A stretch of 64,000 nt of DNA from an uncultured Chloroflexia bacterium. GTDB lineage: Bacteria; Chloroflexota; Limnocylindria; Limnocylindrales; CSP1-4. This document shows, in pieces, positions 56,680 through 64,000 of this stretch. The stretch spans positions 576,001-640,000 of the forward strand of contig CAWEZH010000002.1 in NCBI GenBank assembly GCA_963813535.1, in the 5' to 3' direction. Each line of letters opens with the position of its first letter. Within the stretch, counting starts at the first letter, position 1. The notes beneath the pieces were generated by a model. That model was not told the origin of the DNA and ran no database searches. It saw only the letters and a program-made list of their open reading frames with translations. The translations under genes and the position numbers were made by a program.

Positions 56680-57672
56680 ATGGCTTCCAAGTACAGCTTC
56701 CTCGTCATCAAGTATCCGAAGCGCGAGACGGCGGACACGGCGCTCGGCGTGCTCAAGCAGCTCGGCCGCGAGGACGTCGTGAAGCTCCGGGATGCGGTCG
56801 CCATCACCAAGACCGACAAGGGCAAGATCAAGCTCCACCAGACGAAGGACGACTCGGTCGGCAAGGGCTTTGTGAAGGGTGGCTTCATCGGCATCCTGTT
56901 CGCCGCCCTGTTCGGCCCGGTGGGCTGGATCGCGCTCGGCGCGGCGGCCGGCGGGGTCTTCGCGGGCTTCGACCGAGGCATCAAGAACAAGCTGCTCAAG
57001 GAGTTGGGTCAGGACATGACTCCGGACGAGTCGGCGATCGCCATCCTCGTGGAAGAGGCCGATTGGCAGACGGCGTTCGAGCGCATGCGGGCGCAGGGGT
57101 TCGGCGGCCAGCTCGTCATCTCGGAGATCGTCGCCGAGGACCTGGCGGAGGTCGAGAAGCTGCTCGAGGACCCGAAGACCGTCGAATCCGTACCCGAAGA
57201 ACTGGAGCTCCCGGCTCCGGCAGAGCCGGCGGCTGTCGGCGTCGCCGCGGTCGGATCTGCGGCCGCCATGCGGGTCGTGGAGATCGAGGGCATCGGGTCA
57301 TCCAACGCCGAGAAGCTCGTTGCGATCGGCATCAAGACCACGGACGACCTGCTGATGGCCGGAGCGAAGCCGAGCGGACGCGAGCACGTGGCCAAGACGA
57401 CGGGCATCAGCGGCGACCTGATCCTCGGCTGGGTCAACGACGCTGACCTGATGCGGATCCCCGGTGTCGGCCCGGAGTACAGCGACCTGCTCGAGGCGGC
57501 GGGTGTCGATTTCCCGGCAGAGCTCGCCCTCCGGAACCCGAAGAACCTCGAGATCACCGTCCAGGAGGTCGTCGCGGCGCGACCGGGCATCGTCCGCCGG
57601 ATCCCGGGTGAGGCCGAGATCACCGCGTGGATCGAGGAGGCAGGCAAGCTCGAGAAGGTCGTCGAACACTGA
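56680..57672 (+). CDS. DUF1269 membrane domain fused to a DUF4332 (HhH) domain
   Basis: DAVAI.K...GKIKLHQ, glycine-zipper TM; C-terminal IEGIG, ADLMRIPGVG..YSDLLEAAGVD and WIEEA. Confidence 0.8.
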   Translation: MASKYSFLVIKYPKRETADTALGVLKQLGREDVVKLRDAVAITKTDKGKIKLHQTKDDSVGKGFVKGGFIGILFAALFGPVGWIALGAAAGGVFAGFDRGIKNKLLKELGQDMTPDESAIAILVEEADWQTAFERMRAQGFGGQLVISEIVAEDLAEVEKLLEDPKTVESVPEELELPAPAEPAAVGVAAVGSAAAMRVVEIEGIGSSNAEKLVAIGIKTTDDLLMAGAKPSGREHVAKTTGISGDLILGWVNDADLMRIPGVGPEYSDLLEAAGVDFPAELALRNPKNLEITVQEVVAARPGIVRRIPGEAEITAWIEEAGKLEKVVEH

Positions 57673-57682
57673 GCACGGATGG

Positions 57683-57711
57683 CGATGGCGTCCGGCTGCC
57701 GGACGCCATCG
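57683..57711. terminator. Perfect 14-bp inverted repeat between convergent genes (probable bidirectional terminator)
   Basis: CGATGGCGTCCGGC-T-GCCGGACGCCATCG. Confidence 0.7.
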
Positions 57712-57747
57712 TTCGTCGTCGTTGCTCGTTGTCGATCCGCGTCGCCG

Positions 57748-59175
57748 CTACCCCAGGACGGCCCAGCGGTAGGTCAGTCGTACCTTTGCGACGTCGAAGG
57801 ACCGGGCCCCGCCGGCGTACGGCACGCTGACGAGTCCCCACGCCGTGCGCCGATCGAGGTGCTGCGCCGAGCTGGCACCGATCGACCACCAGCGGTAGGA
57901 CGGCCCCATCAGCTTCTGGTCGTAACAGTCGACGCCTAGCGGCGGGCAGTACGTGCGATTCCACAGGCCTTCAGCGACCTTCGTGCCGTTCGGTGATCGG
58001 CCGAGGACCTTGAAGGTGATCGTGTTGCCGTAGCGCAGGGCGGCCTTGACCGTGAAGCGGTAGGCGACGGCCACGCCGGCACGCCCGGAGTTCAGCCGCA
58101 CGCCGCGGTAGTACGCCGATCGCGACGGGCTGATGGTGCCATTGCCTGGGTCGGCGGCAGCACGGATCTGCGAGCCGTACAACGTGATCGACGAGGTCGT
58201 CCAGCGCAGGCGCTTGTGCGAGATGGCGACCCTGAACGTGGCGGTCTTGACGTTGGCTGCGTCGTCGGTGATCCGTTGGACGATCCGGTAGGTGCCCGCC
58301 TTGAGGATCGCTCCGGCCGCGTTTCGACCATTCCAGCTGTAGGTGTACGCGCCGACCCCGCGGTGGCCCAGGTCGAAGGTCCGGAACAGGACGTTGGACG
58401 GCGTGTAGACGCGGATCACGACCGATGCAGGCTCGCGAAGCGTGCCGCGGAGGGCATTCGTGTCGCGGTAGGTGTCCCGGAAGGGATAGAAGGTCGCGTA
58501 CTGGACACCAGCCATCGCATCGACACCCGAATCGGGCTGGATCGTCTGGGTGAGTCCGTCCTCTGACGGACCGTAGTCCCCGTGGCCCGTGTACGTGGCC
58601 GTCAACGCATGGCTTCCGGCATCGAGGAGCCCGGTGAACGCAACCGACGTGTCCCCGGGCGCGACGGAACCTGTCGCGATGGTCGATCCATCGAATGCAT
58701 CGGCGATCGTCACGGTCCCGCCGGTCACCGACGACGGCGATACGGTCGCGGTGATCGTGACCGATTGCGTCGACAGCGCCGGGTTCCTGTTCGATGTGAG
58801 CGAGGTCTGCGTCGGGATGCCGACCTGGACGGTCTTGGCCGCGCTCTCACTGGCTTCCCAGTCGGCGAACGCGCCGAAACTGGCCTTCACGGTATGTGAC
58901 CCGGCGGACAGCGACAGCTCCGTCGACGCGTCACCGTTCGAGTCGAGCGGCGCTGGCAGTCCGCCACCGCCGTCGACGATGAACGAGACGGCGGGAATGA
59001 ACCCGCCGGTCGGTTGTGGCGCCGGCGTGACGTGCGCGCTGACCGTGAACGAGCCGTACTGCGTGCCCGACGGCACATCCAGCGTCGTGGTCGTGGCCGT
59101 GGCGGCCCGCGCCGCGATCGGCGTGGCGAGCGTCGCTACGAGCGCGACGACGAGGACGAACGTGGCGTGTCTCAT
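57748..59175 (-). CDS. Secreted protein with bacterial Ig-like repeats and an FlgD-like Ig domain
   Basis: Signal peptide; two GSH..TA.Y/F repeats; YSWNGRNAAG..LKAGTY motif. Confidence 0.8.
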   Translation of the reverse strand: MRHATFVLVVALVATLATPIAARAATATTTTLDVPSGTQYGSFTVSAHVTPAPQPTGGFIPAVSFIVDGGGGLPAPLDSNGDASTELSLSAGSHTVKASFGAFADWEASESAAKTVQVGIPTQTSLTSNRNPALSTQSVTITATVSPSSVTGGTVTIADAFDGSTIATGSVAPGDTSVAFTGLLDAGSHALTATYTGHGDYGPSEDGLTQTIQPDSGVDAMAGVQYATFYPFRDTYRDTNALRGTLREPASVVIRVYTPSNVLFRTFDLGHRGVGAYTYSWNGRNAAGAILKAGTYRIVQRITDDAANVKTATFRVAISHKRLRWTTSSITLYGSQIRAAADPGNGTISPSRSAYYRGVRLNSGRAGVAVAYRFTVKAALRYGNTITFKVLGRSPNGTKVAEGLWNRTYCPPLGVDCYDQKLMGPSYRWWSIGASSAQHLDRRTAWGLVSVPYAGGARSFDVAKVRLTYRWAVLG

Positions 59176-59386
59176 CAGATCCCCTCGGGCTTGGCACACG
59201 CGTGCCGGTCAGGCGCGTCTGCGCCATCCGTCCCGTCGTGCACAAGGACGACGCCCGACTTCGTCGGCTGTTACACGCCGGACGCCGCACGATACGCGGC
59301 CGGTGTCACGGAGGCGCGACAACCGGCGCTGTGATCTCGGCGCACACTGGTGACATCGCCGCAGAAGACATTTCGACGAGGGGATC

Positions 59387-61067
59387 GTGAGCCCACGACG
59401 GCTGGCCGGCGTCCTGGCAAGCCTGCGGCGCAATGGCGCCCTCGGGCGGGTCCAGGTCGCGTTCCTCCTCGCGACGATGGTCGAGTGGGCAGCGTGGCTG
59501 TCGCTCGTGGTGTTCGCGTTCGAACGCGGCGGCGCGACGGAAGCCGGGGTCATCGGGTTCGCGGTCGCCGTCCCGGCGATCGTCGTTGCACCTACGGCCG
59601 CGATCCTGGGTGACCGATTCCCGCGGTCGCGCGTCATGCTCGGGGCGTACCTCGCCCAGGCCGTGGCGTTCGTCGCGACCGCGCTGGCGTTCGTGCTCGG
59701 CGCCGCGCTCGTGGGCTATGCGTTGGGCATCGTCGCGATGGCGCTGATCGCGCTCGTTCGGCCGTTGCTTGCATCGCTCCTCCCGGAAGTCGCCGAAACG
59801 CCCGAGGAGCTCACGGCCGGGAACGTCGCCACCGGGCTGGGGGAGGGGCTCGGCGCCCTGGGTGGCTCGCTGGCCGCCGGGGTCCTCTTCGCGCTGGCGG
59901 GCGTCCCGTTCGTCCTGATCGCCGGCGCCGGGGCGATGGTCGTAGCGTCGATGCTCATGCTGCCGCTGGCTCTGCGGGCTCGGTCGATCGAACGGACCTC
60001 GATCCGGTCTGCGGGTGCAGGGTTCGCCGCGACCGCGCGCAACGTCGCCCGTGAGCTGTCAGCCGGCGCCGCGACCGTGCTCGGCGATAGTCGGCTTGCG
60101 GCACTGTCAGGTCTGATGGGCGTCACCATCGGCACGCTTGGTGCCCTCAGCGTGCTCATCGTCATCGTGGCGATCGACGTCCTCGGCTTCGACCAGGATG
60201 CGACCGGGTACCTGACCGCGGTCGGCGGGCTCGGGGCGCTCCTGGGATCGCTCGTCGCCACATCGCTCGTCGGTCGTGAGCGGCTCGCTGCCCCGATGCT
60301 CGCCTCGGTGGTCGTATTCGCCGTGGCCGTCGCCGCGGTCGGGCTCGGGACGAGCCCACTGCCGGTCGTGCTCGCGCTGATCGCGACCGGGATCGGCTGG
60401 TCGGTGGCCTACGTCGCGGCGACCTCGATGACCCAGCGGCTCGCCGGCGACGACGTCATGACCCGAGTCTTCGGCGTGAACGAGTCGCTCCAGACAGGGG
60501 CGGAGGCGATCGGCGGTCTGCTGGTCCCCATCCTCGTCGTGACGATGGGGCCGGGCGGAGCGCTGATCACGCTCGGTGTCGGGCTCATGATCGTCGCCGT
60601 GATCGCCGCCCCGACGCCTTCTCCGCGCAGATCGCGTCGATGAAGGATTCCTCCACGATCTCGCGGTCATCAGAGCCGTGCCGATGTTCGGCCCGTTATC
60701 GGGACCGGTCGTCGAGCGCCTGGCATCAGGCGCGGAGCGCATGGCGGTCGCTCCCGGCGCCGCGGTGATCCACGAGGGTGATCCGGGCGATCAGTTCTAC
60801 GTCATCGTCGAGGGCCGGGTCCGGGTCGCGGCCCGCGGCCGTGACGCTGGCGAGCTCGGCCCCGGCGGCTCGTTCGGGGAGATCGCGCTCATCCGCGATG
60901 TGCCGCGGACGGCGACGGTCCGAGCCATCGACGCGACGGTGCTTCTCGCGATCCGGCGAGAGCCATTCCTCGAAGCACTCACCGGGCAGCCACGGAGTCG
61001 AGCCGTCGCTGCCGACCTCGTCACGGAGCACCTGTCCGCCGATAGCGCCGCCGCGGCTGACAGCTGA
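59387..61067 (+). pseudogene. MFS transporter-cNMP-binding domain fusion, interrupted by a +1 frameshift at about 60617
   Basis: 12-TM MFS; deleting one C gives ...APT-LLRADRVDEGFLHDLAVIRAVPMF and a GSFGEIALIRDVPRTATV CNB domain. Confidence 0.8.
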
Positions 61068-61353
61068 CGCGCTCGAGCCTCGACGATCGACGAAAACGGT
61101 CCCGAGACGCCCGCCGTCTACTTTGAACCAAATCACCTATTCGCGACGCCATACGCAGTAGAGATCCACATCGAGTCATGCGTGGCAGGCAGCTGACGCC
61201 GGCGCTGACCGACCCGAGATAGGACGTCGGTGGATCACACAGAGAGGGGAGGGACGCATGGCCGAACTCGAGCTGCGATCGAGCGCCTGACCCGAGATAT
61301 CGGCACTCGCCGCGCTCGGCGCGCCAAGGAAGCCCGGATTCGAGGACAGACGT

Positions 61354-62679
61354 ATGACGCATTCCCGGCACCATTCGAGGGCCAGGCTCTGGCTGTCGAC
61401 GCCGTTGGCGGTCGCGATGATCGTCGCTTCGATGCTGATACCGGCCACATCGGTCGCGGCCCGCGAGCCGACCGACATGGTCCTCGAGTGGAACATCAAC
61501 GCCGTCAACGCGATCGGCAATCCCCCGGCCACGACCCCGCCGGCCGCGACCCCACCCGGTCTCGGCCAGCCCCCACCGCTCGCGCCGATCCACCTCGCGA
61601 TGGTCCACGGTGCGATCTATGACGCCGTGATGGCGATCGTCGACACCCACGAGCCCTACCTGAAGGGTCTCAACGCCCGGAGGTCGTCCTCCCAGGCGGC
61701 CGCGGTCGCGGCCGCGGCGCACGGCGTCCTTGTCGGCCTCGCCGCTGCATCGCCAGAGGTCAAAACCAGCGTGGACCGCCTCTATGCCGCGTCGCTTGCG
61801 AAGATCAGCAACGGCACGGCCAAGCAGCGCGGGATCACCGTCGGCAAGGCCGCAGCGGCAGCGATGCTCGCGAAGCGCATGGGCGACGGCCGCTTCGGCA
61901 CGTACGCGTTCCCGACCGGCACCGATCCCGGCGAGTGGCGCCTCGTGCCGCCGGCCAACACGAACAGCTTCGGATGGGTGAGCCTCGTCAAGCCATTCAC
62001 TCTGCGGAGCCAGGACCAGTATCGGATCGGGCGGCCCTTCCCCTTGACCAGCGCCAGCTACGCCCGCGAGTTCAATGAGGTCAAGCGCCTCGGTGGGGCG
62101 ACGTCGACCCGAACCCCCAAGCAAGCCAAGCTTGCCAGCTGGGCGTCGGTCAACCCCTTCGCGATGATCAACCGCGGCCTCCGCGACATCGCGGTCAAGC
62201 GCCATCTTTCGACGAGCCAGCAGGCACGGCTGTTCGTGATGACGAGCATGTCGGCAGCCGACTCGTTGATCGCATGCTGGGAGAACAAGGACCACTGGCT
62301 CTTCTGGCGGCCACAGACCGCGATCCAATTGGCAGGGACCGACGGGAACGCGGCCACTGTGGCCGACCCCGACTGGACCTCGCTGATCCCGAACCCCGGC
62401 TACCCGGATCCGCCATCGGGTTTCAACTGCTTCACGTCCGGGTCGATGAACGCCGCTCGCGCCTACTTCGGGACGAACCGGATGCGGTTCGATCTGACGA
62501 GCGTCGGGGCGGCCCCGGTCACCCGGCACTACACCCGATTCAGTGGCCCCATCGCTGACGCGATCGAGGGTCGCATCCTCGTCGGCCTGCACTTCCGTCG
62601 AGCCGACGTCCAGGGAGCCTGGCTCGGCCAGAAGGTCGCAGGGTATCTCTCCACGCACTTCTTCGAGCGAGACGACTGA
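61354..62679 (+). CDS. Secreted vanadium-dependent haloperoxidase-like (PAP2 superfamily) protein
   Basis: Signal peptide; AMVHGAIYDAV, K-x6-RP (KDHWLFWRP), PSG(F), R-x5-H (GRILVGLHF..AD). Confidence 0.85.
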   Translation: MTHSRHHSRARLWLSTPLAVAMIVASMLIPATSVAAREPTDMVLEWNINAVNAIGNPPATTPPAATPPGLGQPPPLAPIHLAMVHGAIYDAVMAIVDTHEPYLKGLNARRSSSQAAAVAAAAHGVLVGLAAASPEVKTSVDRLYAASLAKISNGTAKQRGITVGKAAAAAMLAKRMGDGRFGTYAFPTGTDPGEWRLVPPANTNSFGWVSLVKPFTLRSQDQYRIGRPFPLTSASYAREFNEVKRLGGATSTRTPKQAKLASWASVNPFAMINRGLRDIAVKRHLSTSQQARLFVMTSMSAADSLIACWENKDHWLFWRPQTAIQLAGTDGNAATVADPDWTSLIPNPGYPDPPSGFNCFTSGSMNAARAYFGTNRMRFDLTSVGAAPVTRHYTRFSGPIADAIEGRILVGLHFRRADVQGAWLGQKVAGYLSTHFFERDD

Positions 62680-62704
62680 CCACTGACGGAAACGAGCAAC
62701 ACGT

Positions 62705-62737
62705 GACCCCCGGCCCCTCGAGGATGGGCCGGGGGTC
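62705..62737 (+). terminator. GC-rich hairpin after the haloperoxidase-like gene
   Basis: GACCCCCGGCCC-N9-GGGCCGGGGGTC 12-bp stem. Confidence 0.7.
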
Positions 62738-62799
62738 GTTCCATGCTCGCCAGGGCGTGGCTGGACGCTGACCAGCGCCCGGTCGATACTCAGAGGGCC

Positions 62800-64000
62800 A
62801 TGACCGAACGTCCGGACGCCGCGGCCCGCCGGCGCTACGACGAGCTGTACCGCCGCTCACTGGATGACAGCGAGGCGTTCTGGCTGGAGGCGGCAGCTCG
62901 GCTCGACTGGACCACGCCGCCACAGCGGGCCCTCGAGCTCCGCGATCCGCCGACCTTCGCTTGGTTCCCGGGCGGTCGCACGAACCTCTCGACCAATGCG
63001 CTGGACCGTCATGTGGCGTCAGGCCGTGGCGATGCGACGGCGTTGATCGCGCTCGACGAACGAGGCGGCCGACGTTCGCTGACCTATCGCGAGTTGCTCG
63101 ACGACGTGGAAAGGGTCGCCGCGGGCCTGCGCGGTCTCGGCATCGGGATGGGCGACCGCGTCACGATCTACATGCCGACGTCGGCCGAGGCGATCGTCGC
63201 GATGCTGGCCACGGTCCGGATCGGCGCGATCCACTGCGTGGTGTTCGCCGGCTTCGGTGCCGGCGCGCTGGGCGACCGGATCCGGGCCAGCGGGTCCAGG
63301 CTCGTGATCGCGACGGACGTGACCTTTCGAAAGGGCAAGAACGTCGACCTGCTGTCCATCGTGGACGACGCCCTCGCCGCCGGCCGGGGCGACATCGAGC
63401 GGGTCGTGGTCCTGCGACGGGACGCGGATTCCCGCCCGCCGCGCGACGGCGAACTGTCATGGGATGACCTGTTGCGCGCTGGTGCCGGTCAGGACGGCGG
63501 TGTCGCCGACACATCGGCCGAGGACCCCGCGTTCATCCTCGCGACCTCCGGCACGACCGCCAAGCCGAAGCTTGCCGTCCATACCCATGGCGGCTACGGC
63601 GTCCACATCGCCTCGATGGGCGATTGGGTATTCGGATTGCGTGCCGGCGAGACCTGGTGGTCGACGTCCGACATCGGCTGGGTCGTCGGCCACAGCTACA
63701 TCGTGTACGCGCCGCTCATGGCCGGGGTCGCCACGATCGCCTGGGAGGGCGCACTCGATCACCCGGACGCCGACAACCCCTGGTCGATCATCGAACGCGA
63801 GGGCGTGACCGGCGCATTCAGCTCGCCGACCGCGATCCGACTCCTGATGCGGTATGGGGAAGTCGTTCCGCGGCGGCACGATCTCAGCAAACTCGAGCGC
63901 ATGTTCTCGGCCGGCGAGGTCCTCAACGCGCCCGCCTGGGAGTGGCTCCAGCGGACGGTGTTCGAGGATCGCGTCCCCGTGATCGACCACATGTGGCAGA
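62800..64000 (+). CDS. acs: Acetate/propionate--CoA ligase, runs off the window end (absent from the ORF track)
   Basis: YRRSLDDSEAFW, WFPGGRTN, ATSGTTAKPK, SDIGWVVGHSYIVYAPL, AGEVLN and IDHMWQ. Confidence 0.88.
   Translation, partial: MTERPDAAARRRYDELYRRSLDDSEAFWLEAAARLDWTTPPQRALELRDPPTFAWFPGGRTNLSTNALDRHVASGRGDATALIALDERGGRRSLTYRELLDDVERVAAGLRGLGIGMGDRVTIYMPTSAEAIVAMLATVRIGAIHCVVFAGFGAGALGDRIRASGSRLVIATDVTFRKGKNVDLLSIVDDALAAGRGDIERVVVLRRDADSRPPRDGELSWDDLLRAGAGQDGGVADTSAEDPAFILATSGTTAKPKLAVHTHGGYGVHIASMGDWVFGLRAGETWWSTSDIGWVVGHSYIVYAPLMAGVATIAWEGALDHPDADNPWSIIEREGVTGAFSSPTAIRLLMRYGEVVPRRHDLSKLERMFSAGEVLNAPAWEWLQRTVFEDRVPVIDHMWQ

Noticed and set aside
59330-59346. CRP-like site TGTGA...GCACA upstream of the MFS-cNMP gene
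   Set aside because: The half-site spacer is 7 nt rather than 6 and the second half-site is imperfect

Overview
A 64 kb, very GC-rich (about 70% by eye) bacterial chromosomal segment with about 70 densely packed genes. I found no rRNA, tRNA, CRISPR array, integrase or transposase. Gene style and content (F420-type enzymes, actinobacteria-like accessory genes, rnj-ftsK-rodZ-cinA core locus) suggest a high-GC Chloroflexota or Actinomycetota-like soil or sediment organism; this is inference only. The first 9 kb is housekeeping (rnj, ftsK, rodZ-like, cinA/pncC, murC, yajQ, TPP enzyme). The rest is accessory stress, detoxification and signalling genes: pirin, YnjE-like rhodanese, class III cyclase, AlkZ-like glycosylase, an ArsR-SRPBCC-VOC operon, P450, a dynamin-like GTPase pair, UvrA2, LigD ligase, Dps, a Psp/Lia-like two-component module, a haloperoxidase-like protein and a partial acs. 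The main observations are four. (1) An unannotated His/Cys-rich leader peptide (MNRYHVHHHCMCH...) sits with a terminator/antiterminator pair in front of the rhodanese gene, a probable sulfur-amino-acid-responsive attenuator. (2) An orphan CpaF/TadA secretion ATPase is fused to a C-terminal Rid/YjgF domain that lacks its catalytic residues, and is preceded by a HicB-like small gene. (3) Leaderless gene starts (TANNNT-N6/7-start) are pervasive. (4) Three single-base-insertion frameshifts are probably assembly errors. All family assignments come from motif recognition by eye; no database searches were run.
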